From IMG/VR virus record IMGVR_UViG_3300017780_003276, positions 1 through 39,774 of that record: 39,774 nt of DNA. One strand, given 5' to 3'. The translations under genes and the position numbers were made by a program. The notes beneath the pieces were generated by a model. It did no database searches and had not been told where the DNA came from. It worked only from the letters and a program-made list of their open reading frames with translations. This document shows positions 27,795 to 36,856 of this stretch, piece after piece. This DNA is from a virus (Duplodnaviria; Caudoviricetes). The first letter of the stretch is position 1. Each line of letters opens with the position of its first letter.

Positions 27795-28715
27795 ATGAAT
27801 CAAAATTCAAAAATATTAATAACAGGATCAACAGGAATGGTTGGATCGGCTGTAGTAAGACTACTAAAAAAGCAAGGATTTACAAATCTACTAACACCTA
27901 GTAGAAAAGAATTAGATCTTAGAAATACACAAGAGGTTAATAACTACTTCCAGGAACACAAACCTGAGTATGCTTATCTAATAGCAGCTAAGGTAGGTGG
28001 CATACATGCTAATATGACATACCGCGCCGATTTTATATTTGATAATCTAATGATGCAGTGCAACGCAATTAATGCTTGCAAAGATAATCAAATTAAGAAA
28101 CTATTATTTGTTAGCAGTGGATGCGTTTATCCAAAAAATGCAAATAATCCTATTCACGAAGCTGATATGCTAACAGGATTACTCGAACCATCAAACGAAC
28201 ATTACTCAGTTGCAAAGATAGCTGGAATAAAAATGTGCGAAGCGTATCACTTACAGCATGGATTAGATTATGTAGTGGTTATTCCAAACAACATATACGG
28301 ACCTAAAGATAATTATCATCCTGAAAATTCACACGTAATGGCTTCGTTAATTAGAAAATTTCATGAAGCTAATAAAAATAACACAGACGTAGAGATATGG
28401 GGAAGTGGTAATCAAATGAGAGAGTTTGTTTATGTTGATGATGTTGCAAGTGCTTGTATTAGTTTAATGAATAGTACTCATACAGGATCCTACAACTGCA
28501 GTAGTGAAGTTGAGATACCAATAAGAGACTTAGCAAACTTAGTAGCAACAATTCAAGACTTTAAAGGAAATATTAACTACAACACAACTAAACCAGAAGG
28601 ACATTTTAGAAAAGGATTTTCTTGTCAGAAGCTAAAAGAGATCGGATGGAATGCTGGTACTGACTTAGAGACTGGTATTAGATTAGCGTATAATTGGTAT
28701 AAACAAAACAACTAA
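27795..28715 (+). CDS. fcl: GDP-L-fucose synthase
   Basis: ITGSTGMVG, AAKVGGIHAN, GCVYPK, YSVAK, NIYGP, WGSG..REF. Confidence 0.93.
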   Translation: MNQNSKILITGSTGMVGSAVVRLLKKQGFTNLLTPSRKELDLRNTQEVNNYFQEHKPEYAYLIAAKVGGIHANMTYRADFIFDNLMMQCNAINACKDNQIKKLLFVSSGCVYPKNANNPIHEADMLTGLLEPSNEHYSVAKIAGIKMCEAYHLQHGLDYVVVIPNNIYGPKDNYHPENSHVMASLIRKFHEANKNNTDVEIWGSGNQMREFVYVDDVASACISLMNSTHTGSYNCSSEVEIPIRDLANLVATIQDFKGNINYNTTKPEGHFRKGFSCQKLKEIGWNAGTDLETGIRLAYNWYKQNN

Positions 28716-28725
28716 AATAAATAAG

Positions 28726-29700
28726 ATGAGTAAGACAGCATTAATAACTGGCATTAATGGAATGGATGGTAGCCACCTAGCAGACTTTTTACTGGATAAA
28801 GGATATAAGGTGTACGGAGTTGAAAGAAGAAGCTCTTGTGAAAATAGATTAAACATAGAGCATATTATTGATAAGGTAACCTTAATTAACGGTGACCTTA
28901 CTGATCAGAACTCACTACTAAGAGCATTTAAAGAAAGCAACCCAGATGAGGTTTATAACCTAGCAGCTCAGTCTTTTGTAGGTGAGAGTTGGAACACACC
29001 AGAACAAACAAGCGATGTAACAGGACTAGGAGTACTTAGAATGTTAGAGGCTATCAGAGAGTACGGACACAGCAACATTAAGTTTTATCAAGCCTCTAGT
29101 TCAGAAATGTTTGGACGGATGGTAGAAAATCCAGCAAACGAAAATACACCATTCTATCCTAGATCGCCGTACGGCGTTTCTAAACTATATGGTCATTGGA
29201 TAACTAAAAACTATAGAGAGTCATATAACATGTACGCATGTAGTGGTATATTGTTTAACCATGAATCCGAAAGAAGAGGGTATGAGTTTGTTACTAGAAA
29301 AATTACAAACGGCGTAGCTAAGATACATTTAGGATTAGCAGATCATATTGTATTAGGAAATCTGGATGCACTGAGGGATTGGGGATATGCTCCTGATTAT
29401 GTAGAAGCTATGTGGCTAATGCTACAACAAGCAGTTCCTGATGATTTTGTAATTGCTACAGGAGTGACTAGATCTATACGTGAATTTTTAGATACAGCCT
29501 TTCAGCATATAGGTATCACAGACTGGAGTAACCATGTTAAAATAGATGCTAAGTATATGAGACCAGCAGAGGTAGATGTATTAAGAGGAGATTGTAGCAA
29601 AGCAAATCAATTACTAGGATGGAAACCAAAGACCCCATTTTCAGAAATGGTAATGAAAATGGTCGATACTGATCTTAAACTATTATATAATAAAAAATGA
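28726..29700 (+). CDS. gmd: GDP-mannose 4,6-dehydratase
   Basis: ITGINGMDGS, YNLAAQS, YQASSSE, FYPRSPYGVSK, LFNHES, RDWG. Confidence 0.96.
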   Translation: MSKTALITGINGMDGSHLADFLLDKGYKVYGVERRSSCENRLNIEHIIDKVTLINGDLTDQNSLLRAFKESNPDEVYNLAAQSFVGESWNTPEQTSDVTGLGVLRMLEAIREYGHSNIKFYQASSSEMFGRMVENPANENTPFYPRSPYGVSKLYGHWITKNYRESYNMYACSGILFNHESERRGYEFVTRKITNGVAKIHLGLADHIVLGNLDALRDWGYAPDYVEAMWLMLQQAVPDDFVIATGVTRSIREFLDTAFQHIGITDWSNHVKIDAKYMRPAEVDVLRGDCSKANQLLGWKPKTPFSEMVMKMVDTDLKLLYNKK

Positions 29701-30743
29701 TATCATTAGTAATACCAGTCACAAGTGATTGTAGTGACTACACTACAAATCTTGTAAATAATATAAGAGAGCTATATCCAAACGAAAACGACGTTGAAGT
29801 TATTGTGCATAACGGAGAATGTAGTAGTTTAGGAGATAACTGGAATGGGGCTGTTGCAAAGGCTACTGGAGAAAAGATTATCCTACTACACAACGACATG
29901 GTTCTCAAACCAGGCTTTGTAGAAACTATGGATAAACATATTGCTCGAAAAAGACTTACCACCTACACTCGAATAGAACCACCAATATACCCAGACACTT
30001 TTCCAGGTAAGATGATACTAGATTGTGGTTATGATTTAACAACCTTTGATAAAAACAAGTTTAATAGTTTACCTAATGAAGATTACTTAATTGACGGAGG
30101 AGCTCAAATTTTCATAGGTTGCTACAAAGAGGACTATATAGGAATTGATGGTACAACTTTTAAAATGTTCTGCGAAGATGACGACTTACATCTACGATAT
30201 AACTTACTAGGATACGAAAAAAAGGTAAGCTCAGCATGCGTTTATCACTTTGTTAGCAAGACATCTAGAGCTATAAAAGACTATCAAGCAATAGAACATA
30301 TCTCAAATATTAATTTTATAAGAAAGTGGGGATTTAGATCATCACAGTATAATAAAAAATATAATGTAGGATTTATAGTTAAAAACTGCACTCAGGAATT
30401 ATTAATTGCTATTGAACCATGGTGCACTAATATAGCATGTGATGTTGATCCGAGTTTATTTTTAAAGCTAATACAACCAACTACTAAGTTTAATTTATCA
30501 AAGAAGATAAAACCAATTGACACTCAATTAGAGAATGATGTTATTATAACATTTGATGCATCTAAAATAGTAGATAATAGTTTAAATCTTATATCCACAA
30601 TAGCAGATTCGCTAACCCATAATAATGTAGAAGTTGGTAAATTTGAGTATGATATATATCAAATAGAGGTTAGAGCTGTTAACACATACGAAGATAAACT
30701 AATCAAAACAAATGATCCTTACTTTTTAAATCAACTACTTTAG
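29697..30743 (+). CDS. Glycosyltransferase family 2 with C-terminal extension
   Basis: ISLVIP, LHNDM, CEDDD, VYHFVS, FIRKWG. Confidence 0.85.
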   Translation: MISLVIPVTSDCSDYTTNLVNNIRELYPNENDVEVIVHNGECSSLGDNWNGAVAKATGEKIILLHNDMVLKPGFVETMDKHIARKRLTTYTRIEPPIYPDTFPGKMILDCGYDLTTFDKNKFNSLPNEDYLIDGGAQIFIGCYKEDYIGIDGTTFKMFCEDDDLHLRYNLLGYEKKVSSACVYHFVSKTSRAIKDYQAIEHISNINFIRKWGFRSSQYNKKYNVGFIVKNCTQELLIAIEPWCTNIACDVDPSLFLKLIQPTTKFNLSKKIKPIDTQLENDVIITFDASKIVDNSLNLISTIADSLTHNNVEVGKFEYDIYQIEVRAVNTYEDKLIKTNDPYFLNQLL

Positions 30744-30752
30744 ATATTTATA
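30744..30752 (+). promoter_or_regulatory. Variant TATTTATA promoter motif
   Basis: ATATTTATA 3 nt before ATG 30756. Confidence 0.45.
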
Positions 30753-30755
30753 AGC

Positions 30756-31250
30756 ATGACAAATTTACTAGAAGCATTAGCACCGTTAATACCAAAATAT
30801 CCAATTGAGATAGCTGGCCACCATTTAGAGCTACGTTTGGATGTTAATATTAACAAAACCAAAAAAGGAGTTAAATTACAGTTCATCATAGGTAAATCAG
30901 CACCAGAGGATCCTAGAAAATTACAGGATCTTAGTAATGAAATAGGCACTGAACTACAAAAGAAGTTTGGAAATGCTGGGCTGCAGATTATTGCTGATCT
31001 AGAAAATCCATATAGTAATGTAATAGGGTTCTTACTACCACTCCCATCATTGGCTAATTATCTAATGAAGCATGTGTTTGAAATAAGTAAGGAACAACCT
31101 ACTGACCAAGATGCTCAACAAGATTCAGAAGAAGAACCAATACTGGAACCACTGCCAGCAGAGGAAATGCCTCCAAGTGAAGAAGATCAGGACTTAAAAG
31201 AGGTTATGATGTGGAGGGCTGGACTAACTGATATAGTGAAAAAGAAATAA
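30756..31250 (+). CDS. Hypothetical protein with acidic C-terminal tail
   Basis: Long ORF, operon packing. Confidence 0.8.
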   Translation: MTNLLEALAPLIPKYPIEIAGHHLELRLDVNINKTKKGVKLQFIIGKSAPEDPRKLQDLSNEIGTELQKKFGNAGLQIIADLENPYSNVIGFLLPLPSLANYLMKHVFEISKEQPTDQDAQQDSEEEPILEPLPAEEMPPSEEDQDLKEVMMWRAGLTDIVKKK

Positions 31251-31263
31251 ATGACAAATAGTT

Positions 31264-31653
31264 ATGGCAAAAAGACATATACCAAAAGCAGTATTTGAAC
31301 CATGGGATGGTATAAGTGCTGCTGATTTAATACAAACACCACAATTAGTTGAACTTGTCAAGAAGGAAGCGCCTCAAGCAATTAGAGATGCTTTTGATAA
31401 TAGAAAGACATTTGCAACACTCTTTCAAATAAATCACTCAGAATACTACATAGACATTCCAAAACCTTACTGGGTTAGTGCATTAGAGGTGTGTATTAGA
31501 TATTACATAGAAGACCAACGCTACGAAGATTGTAAAGATATTAAGAAATTAATTGATGACATTAAGGCTGGTACCAAATCCCTATCAAAAAAACAAGTAA
31601 AAACACAAGACGATGGAAAGAACACTGACAGAGATACAATCAGCGATCAATAG
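31264..31653 (+). CDS. Hypothetical protein
   Basis: ORF; C-terminal EDQRYEDC helical hairpin (UVR-like, weak). Confidence 0.78.
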   Translation: MAKRHIPKAVFEPWDGISAADLIQTPQLVELVKKEAPQAIRDAFDNRKTFATLFQINHSEYYIDIPKPYWVSALEVCIRYYIEDQRYEDCKDIKKLIDDIKAGTKSLSKKQVKTQDDGKNTDRDTISDQ

Positions 31654-32020
31654 CATACTTAGTGTTAAAAGCTTGATTAGAAAGAAAAAGAAGAAGCAAG
31701 CGGATAAGAAGAAGGAGCTCTTCATTGCTATTATAAACTCAATAGAACAAATAATTAATCGTCAAAATTTAATGTATGCAGATCTACAGTTAGACTTTGC
31801 AAACTACGACGAGTCGTTTTTAGATACAATAGATGCTTTAATTATACTACATTTTGGTAAAGAGGGAGCAGAGATTATTGGATGGTTCTTGTGGGAGAGA
31901 CAAAATCCAGACGGAACATTGAACTACCTACTTGATGAATACGAAAACGAAGTTCATATAACCACCGTACAGGAACTATGGGAGTTACTCATACGACTAA
32001 ATCCTAAATACAATGAGTAA
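31613..32020 (+). CDS. Hypothetical protein
   Basis: Overlapping ORF in operon. Confidence 0.78.
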   Translation: MERTLTEIQSAINSILSVKSLIRKKKKKQADKKKELFIAIINSIEQIINRQNLMYADLQLDFANYDESFLDTIDALIILHFGKEGAEIIGWFLWERQNPDGTLNYLLDEYENEVHITTVQELWELLIRLNPKYNE

Positions 32021-32663
32021 GGGTAGAGCTCCGAGAAATTTATCAGAGGCTGCAGTGAGAGATGCTATGAAGCATACTAAATCTAATACACAAGCAGCTA
32101 GATATCTTAACATAACTATTGATACTTATAGGAAGTACGCTAGGATGTATGTGGATCAGGAAACTAGCAAGACATTATATGAGCTTCACGATAACAGAGC
32201 TGGTAAAGGAATTGCTAAGTTAAACTGGAAGCAAGAGTTTCCAATGGAAAGACTTGAGAAGATATTAGCAAAAGATGAATATAAACCATTCAATGCTCAA
32301 AAACTAAAAGCAAGGCTATTATACGAAGGTAAATTAATATTAGAGTGTTATAGGTGTAGCCACAATGAAAAGCGTGTAATTGACTTTAAACAGCCTTTAG
32401 TCTTGAATTTTAAAGATGGTAATAAGTTTCATTGGAATCTTGATAATCTGGAAATGATATGCTATAACTGCCATTTCCTATATGTTGGAGGATTATTTAC
32501 AGAAAAGCAGTTACGTAGAATAGAAGATGCCTCAGCTCCCACAGTAAAATTAGCTGAAATAGACTATGGGGTAGATGATACTTTTTTAGAGCATTTTAGA
32601 AATATTGGACTAATGGATGACGATAAATATCAACCAGGAGATGAATTTATAACAAGATTATAA
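32013..32663 (+). CDS. HTH plus degenerate HNH/zinc-finger protein
   Basis: SNTQAARYLNITIDTYRKYA (HTH); CYRC...LVLNFKDGN..NLEMICYNCH. Confidence 0.72.
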   Translation: MSKGRAPRNLSEAAVRDAMKHTKSNTQAARYLNITIDTYRKYARMYVDQETSKTLYELHDNRAGKGIAKLNWKQEFPMERLEKILAKDEYKPFNAQKLKARLLYEGKLILECYRCSHNEKRVIDFKQPLVLNFKDGNKFHWNLDNLEMICYNCHFLYVGGLFTEKQLRRIEDASAPTVKLAEIDYGVDDTFLEHFRNIGLMDDDKYQPGDEFITRL

Positions 32664-32664
32664 C

Positions 32665-32844
32665 ATGGATATAAAACCAATGAACAACGAGGACTTAGTA
32701 GTCATAGGCGATGTCTTAGACCAAGCACTAGAGAGTGGATTAGAAGTTGAAGTAATATACTGGGCTTTGCAAGCAATGAAGCTAAACCCAACTATGACAC
32801 CAGCAGAGGCAATGTCGCTTGGAGTACTTGAATGGATTAAGTAG
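32665..32844 (+). CDS. Small hypothetical protein (59 aa), not in ORF track
   Basis: MDIKPMNNEDLVVIGDVLDQALESGLEVEVIYWAL...EWIK*; fills gap. Confidence 0.7.
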   Translation: MDIKPMNNEDLVVIGDVLDQALESGLEVEVIYWALQAMKLNPTMTPAEAMSLGVLEWIK

Positions 32845-32883
32845 ATATTATGATATAAACAAAGGTTTTTGTTTTATATATCC

Positions 32884-32892
32884 CTATTTATT
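32884..32892 (+). promoter_or_regulatory. CTATTTATT promoter motif
   Basis: 7 nt before ATG 32900. Confidence 0.6.
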
Positions 32893-32899
32893 ATTAGGC

Positions 32900-33121
32900 A
32901 TGATCAGCGACACAGCATATGATATTATAAGTAATGTGGCTGATGCTTATGTGCCTAATAAAAAGCATCCACTACTACATATTATTAGTAGAAATGCGTG
33001 GGTTGACTTAGTCATTGATTTAATCAATAAAGGACACATTAAGCCTAAAATGGCAGTTATTTTAAAATGTGCCCTTAACTGGGAGATATTACTAACTAAT
33101 AAAATTAGTCGTTTAAACTAA
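32900..33121 (+). CDS. Hypothetical protein (start moved to ATG 32900)
   Basis: First ATG after motif. Confidence 0.65.
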   Translation: MISDTAYDIISNVADAYVPNKKHPLLHIISRNAWVDLVIDLINKGHIKPKMAVILKCALNWEILLTNKISRLN

Positions 33122-33411
33122 TGAAACTACTAGAACTCAACCCCTACCCTTTTCAAACAGTATTCCTACAGTATGGTGTACTCGGTATCGTCGCCTTCGT
33201 CTTAGGTTATTTTGCCTGGACGTCTTATAAAAAACTAGTAGATCGCAATGACAACCTTGAGAGAAAGGTAGATGCATTACAGTTAGAAGTAAGGGAGTTG
33301 CTAGTAGAAGAAAGAGATCGTATGAGTAGGATCATCGAAGAGAATACTAAAGCAATCACAGAACTTAGAAACATAATTGTATCAGCATTGCTAAATCCCA
33401 TTGAAAAATGA
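33121..33411 (+). CDS. Single-TM coiled-coil protein, BhlA/UviB holin-like
   Basis: LQYGVLGIVAFVLGYF TM plus coiled coil. Confidence 0.6.
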   Translation: MKLLELNPYPFQTVFLQYGVLGIVAFVLGYFAWTSYKKLVDRNDNLERKVDALQLEVRELLVEERDRMSRIIEENTKAITELRNIIVSALLNPIEK

Positions 33412-33704
33412 GATATGACTCACAAGCACTAGGTAGCTTAGCAGATAAACTACTTAGTGGTAAAAGTGAATTTGATAGATTAAAGGAAATAGGTAATAAG
33501 CAGAACTATCCATATAAGATTCAGAAGTTAAAGGAAAGACTTACTGAGAATCTAAGGTTCTGGATAGTAAAAGGACCTAGTAATAGGTTGACGGATATAC
33601 AAAATGATATAAAATGTTTATCCAATATGCTAGGTAAGCAGGAGTTTACAAAACAAGAGAAGCAGAAAATAGACGAGCTTGTTAAAAAGCATCCCATAAT
33701 ATAA
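33408..33704 (+). CDS. Hypothetical protein
   Basis: ATGA overlap with upstream gene. Confidence 0.72.
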   Translation: MRYDSQALGSLADKLLSGKSEFDRLKEIGNKQNYPYKIQKLKERLTENLRFWIVKGPSNRLTDIQNDIKCLSNMLGKQEFTKQEKQKIDELVKKHPII

Positions 33705-33709
33705 AAGTT

Positions 33710-33892
33710 ATGAAAGAAGCAGGTTTTACAAAATTTGTACGTGAATACAAAGACGACACAGGTAAAAAGGTAGTATCTAGATGGTATTATGACTACTCCA
33801 TTACTAAAAACGGACCTATCCTAACTGAGGAGTTGGTTCTTCCCCCAAAAGAAAGAAAGAAAAAAACAACAAATAAAGTTGCTGAATCGTAA
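33710..33892 (+). CDS. Small basic hypothetical protein
   Basis: ATG ORF. Confidence 0.68.
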   Translation: MKEAGFTKFVREYKDDTGKKVVSRWYYDYSITKNGPILTEELVLPPKERKKKTTNKVAES

Positions 33893-33909
33893 ATTCATTT
33901 GTATATTTA
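33879..33909 (+). promoter_or_regulatory. Bacteroidota-type promoter (TTG-N20-TATATTTA)
   Basis: Motif and 20-nt spacer. Confidence 0.7.
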
Positions 33910-33930
33910 CATCATAACTAAATATATAGT

Positions 33931-34140
33931 ATGAAGTATTGTAAAGTATGTCAAGAACCAATTAATCCTAAAAGAGTTAAACTAGGATACAGAGATACCT
34001 GTGTAAACCATTCAGGAGCTAGTAAGTATGTAGGATTTGTAGCAGGTGCTGGTAAGGTTGATTATGAGATTAGTATTGTAAGAGATCCAGAAACAGCAAA
34101 CTACATGCAAAGATTAATGGATACAAGAGGAAACGGGTAA
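33931..34140 (+). CDS. DksA/TraR-like zinc-finger protein
   Basis: CKVCQEPINPKRVKLGYRDTCVNH resembles CxxCxxxIxxxRL..CxxC with last Cys->His. Confidence 0.55.
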   Translation: MKYCKVCQEPINPKRVKLGYRDTCVNHSGASKYVGFVAGAGKVDYEISIVRDPETANYMQRLMDTRGNG

Positions 34141-34146
34141 TACATA

Positions 34147-34155
34147 CTATTTATT
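34147..34155 (+). promoter_or_regulatory. CTATTTATT promoter motif
   Basis: Upstream of ATG 34173. Confidence 0.6.
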
Positions 34156-34172
34156 AGAAACGCATTTTTACT

Positions 34173-34700
34173 ATGTCATACATTGATCCAGCCAAATACA
34201 ATGAGCTATTAAATAGATTCGCAAAAGGAACATCTAAGGGTATTCTAAAAGAAAACTACATAGATTTAGTACCACTAAATACATTTGAAGGTAAGCTTAC
34301 CGATATAGGTGCTACCATAAACCAATCGTACATAAACCAAACGTATCCAGATGCTAAGAGCATGGAAGAAGCTGATGGTATGAAAAAGTTAGGAAAATAT
34401 AAACCAAAATCATATGATCTAGATGGTGATGGTGTTCCTAACGGAGCTGATAAAGCACCTAAGGATGGAGCAAAGCACGAAGGTATCCATATTGGTCAAC
34501 CAACAGGCCCAACAATCCAAACAGTAGAAGGATTAGAACTCAATAAGTTAACACTTGATGAGAGAACTACATTAAAAGCATACGTAGAATCTATAAAAAC
34601 TACTAAAAAAGCTATTCAAGAGTTGTTAGCAAAAGCTAAAGGTCCTAGAGTTGAAGGTGGTGATATGAGTAGTGGGTTGACTATGCCAACCGAAGAATAA
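34173..34700 (+). CDS. Hypothetical protein with DxDGDG Ca-binding-like motif
   Basis: DLDGDGVPNGADKAP. Confidence 0.75.
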   Translation: MSYIDPAKYNELLNRFAKGTSKGILKENYIDLVPLNTFEGKLTDIGATINQSYINQTYPDAKSMEEADGMKKLGKYKPKSYDLDGDGVPNGADKAPKDGAKHEGIHIGQPTGPTIQTVEGLELNKLTLDERTTLKAYVESIKTTKKAIQELLAKAKGPRVEGGDMSSGLTMPTEE

Positions 34701-34711
34701 TAAAAAAATAG

Positions 34712-34742
34712 TTGCTAGATTGATAAAAAGTATCTATCTTTA
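34712..34742 (+). promoter_or_regulatory. Bacteroidota-type promoter (TTG-N20-TATCTTTA)
   Basis: Motif and 20-nt spacer. Confidence 0.7.
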
Positions 34743-34778
34743 GTATATTATATCTTAAAACAAAAACAAATAAAAGTT

Positions 34779-35033
34779 ATGGCAAATGCAAATTATGTGT
34801 CCCAAGAGGACCAGACGCAGGTAATCCTTACTACCAAAGGATCAACAAAAGTAGTTGAAACAATAAGCAACTATCCAATAACAGTAGTACCACGTATTAA
34901 AAAGAAAGTGGACTTAAAAAAAGTACCTAACCAAACAGACGACACTCCCAAAACCAAGAAGCGTTACTACTACGAGAAGACTAGCAACTACGTAAGCTAT
35001 GCTCGCGCAAAGCAATTAGGACTTGTAAAATAA
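34779..35033 (+). CDS. Basic hypothetical protein
   Basis: ATG ORF with A-rich leader. Confidence 0.72.
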   Translation: MANANYVSQEDQTQVILTTKGSTKVVETISNYPITVVPRIKKKVDLKKVPNQTDDTPKTKKRYYYEKTSNYVSYARAKQLGLVK

Positions 35034-35055
35034 TTATAATAATTAAAAATTAGTT

Positions 35056-35400
35056 ATGACACAGAGTCACGAAATATTATTCTTAAATTCCTCAAGAGTT
35101 TATTTGAGAGTAGGAAATACCTGGTACGATGGTACCACTAGTTTTCACTACGAAATAGGTGATATATTTGTAATAGGTAAAATTGAAGAGATACTATCAT
35201 ATGCCAAATATAAAGCACGCTTCCCAACATCCAAAAATGAAATGGGACCAAGTATGTCTGACAAAACCAACTCAGGTGATTATATTAGAAAGGTATCAAA
35301 TAAAGCTGATAGCCAGGGTAGGTATAATAATATAGTGGAATATACAGTTAATTCACAACGGTATAAAATAGATACTTCAAAAGCTGACATTAATGATTAA
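35056..35400 (+). CDS. Hypothetical protein
   Basis: ATG ORF. Confidence 0.7.
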   Translation: MTQSHEILFLNSSRVYLRVGNTWYDGTTSFHYEIGDIFVIGKIEEILSYAKYKARFPTSKNEMGPSMSDKTNSGDYIRKVSNKADSQGRYNNIVEYTVNSQRYKIDTSKADIND

Positions 35401-35515
35401 TAAAATAATAAAAAGATTAATGTATATATGGGATCTTTATATAGCTCCTACACTTATCAACTCTATGAAGCAAGTAGCGTACTTTAAATCAATGAAAGAG
35501 ACGTATAAGCAGTAA
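35393..35515 (+). CDS. Possible 40-aa protein, not in ORF track
   Basis: MINKIIKRLMYIWDLY...; overlaps upstream stop. Confidence 0.45.
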   Translation: MINKIIKRLMYIWDLYIAPTLINSMKQVAYFKSMKETYKQ

Positions 35516-35580
35516 GTGGAGTATAGACTACCAAAACAAGAAGAAGAAACGATTCTTACGCTTACAAATCGCTTTTTAAA

Positions 35581-35589
35581 CTATTTATT
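35581..35589 (+). promoter_or_regulatory. CTATTTATT motif heading the lysis operon
   Basis: 4 nt before ATG 35594. Confidence 0.6.
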
Positions 35590-35593
35590 AGGG

Positions 35594-35911
35594 ATGAATC
35601 AGCAAATAAAAGAGCGTATTGTAAATACCTTAGTAAACCAACTCAAATCTACTTCAACAAGATCAAGTGATGCTGATTGGTATATAGGATTTAAACCTAG
35701 TGCAGAAACCCCAGTAGAAGAATCGGAATACGATCCTAAAACAGGAAACGTAATTAATAATACTGCGGTAGGTACTCACGCCACTTTCTTACAGCAGTGG
35801 GATGCAGCTGGATCTGGGTATGTTGAAGAGGATGATGTTAAACGAGATAGTGGTACATACAGTTTTAACTTAAATAAACCACTCAGAACATATGCAAGTA
35901 AAACAGATTAA
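35594..35911 (+). CDS. Hypothetical protein (start moved to ATG 35594)
   Basis: First ATG after motif. Confidence 0.68.
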   Translation: MNQQIKERIVNTLVNQLKSTSTRSSDADWYIGFKPSAETPVEESEYDPKTGNVINNTAVGTHATFLQQWDAAGSGYVEEDDVKRDSGTYSFNLNKPLRTYASKTD

Positions 35912-36272
35912 AAAAAAAGCTGCTAAAGTAGTTAAGAGCTATACTAAGCCTGTATTATATATACTATTGAGCTTAGTATTATTGTATGGAGCTATCTATT
36001 TACTTACAAGAAAAGAGTACATGCCTGCAGATTTGCAAGCAACTATCGATTCGCTGACTAATGCTAACATAAAATTAACAGAACATCAAAAACAAATTGA
36101 TAGTACTATACAGGTATATGAAGCTGTGGTTAGAGAGGTTGACAATCAAATAGATCATATAAAAGAAAAGACTACTATTATTCGTGAGTACTACCACGAA
36201 CAAAGCCAAGCGGCTAGTTCATATACTCCAACACAAGTAGATTCTTTTTTTAGAAGCAGATACGGTTATTAA
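35892..36272 (+). CDS. TM plus coiled-coil protein, inner-spanin-like
   Basis: N-terminal TM, long coiled coil, lysis context. Confidence 0.55.
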   Translation: MQVKQIKKKAAKVVKSYTKPVLYILLSLVLLYGAIYLLTRKEYMPADLQATIDSLTNANIKLTEHQKQIDSTIQVYEAVVREVDNQIDHIKEKTTIIREYYHEQSQAASSYTPTQVDSFFRSRYGY

Positions 36273-36278
36273 CGGTTA

Positions 36279-36320
36279 CATAATGGTTGTGGATTATAAA
36301 ATCTAAAAACAACAATTATG
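36279..36320 (+). promoter_or_regulatory. Hairpin sequestering the holin-like start codon
   Basis: CATAAT/ATTATG, GTTGT/ACAAC, GGATT/AATCT; ATG 36318 fully paired. Confidence 0.65.
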
Positions 36321-36575
36321 AATTTTAAAAAATGGATCTTAGATTTGTTCAAAGATGAACGCGGATCAACATCAATCAAACCAGTAGTAGCCTTTATTGG
36401 TACTTTATTTCTTTGTGGCACATTAGTTGCTAATTCATTCACAGAAGAACACTTCAAACCAGCTGATTCATTAGTAGATGCAGTTATGATTATTACAGCC
36501 ATTGGTATGGGTGCTGATAGTTTAGATAAGTTTTCAAAAAGAAAACATCAAGAAGAACCTAAAGTAGAAGAATAA
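36318..36575 (+). CDS. Holin-like protein, 2 TM
   Basis: Two hydrophobic helices, charged C-tail. Confidence 0.6.
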   Translation: MNFKKWILDLFKDERGSTSIKPVVAFIGTLFLCGTLVANSFTEEHFKPADSLVDAVMIITAIGMGADSLDKFSKRKHQEEPKVEE

Positions 36576-36853
36576 TGAAAAAATTAATTATAGTATTAGT
36601 ATGTATAGCTATATCACTAACTACATCTGCTCAAAAATCTAAGCCACAACCTTGGTCATTAAGCACCAGTTTAGGATATATCGAGGTAGTAACTCCTTAT
36701 TCAGGATCTAATTTATGGACATCAGTTAATGTTGGTTATAGCGTTAAAAGATGGTCATTTGGTACTTGGGTAGGATGTAATTACTGGGTTAAGGGAACAC
36801 AACCAGATTTTAGAGTTGGCGTATCAACCAACTACACAATTAAAAAGTGGTAA
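36575..36853 (+). CDS. Small secreted beta-strand protein
   Basis: Signal peptide ..TTSA; amphipathic strands ending in W. Confidence 0.7.
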   Translation: MKKLIIVLVCIAISLTTSAQKSKPQPWSLSTSLGYIEVVTPYSGSNLWTSVNVGYSVKRWSFGTWVGCNYWVKGTQPDFRVGVSTNYTIKKW

Positions 36854-36856
36854 AAA

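Noticed and set aside
33922-34154. Fourth panhandle around ORF 33931 (ATAGTATG / CATACTAT)
   Set aside because: Only 8 contiguous AT-rich pairs, overlapping the promoter motif; plausible by chance.
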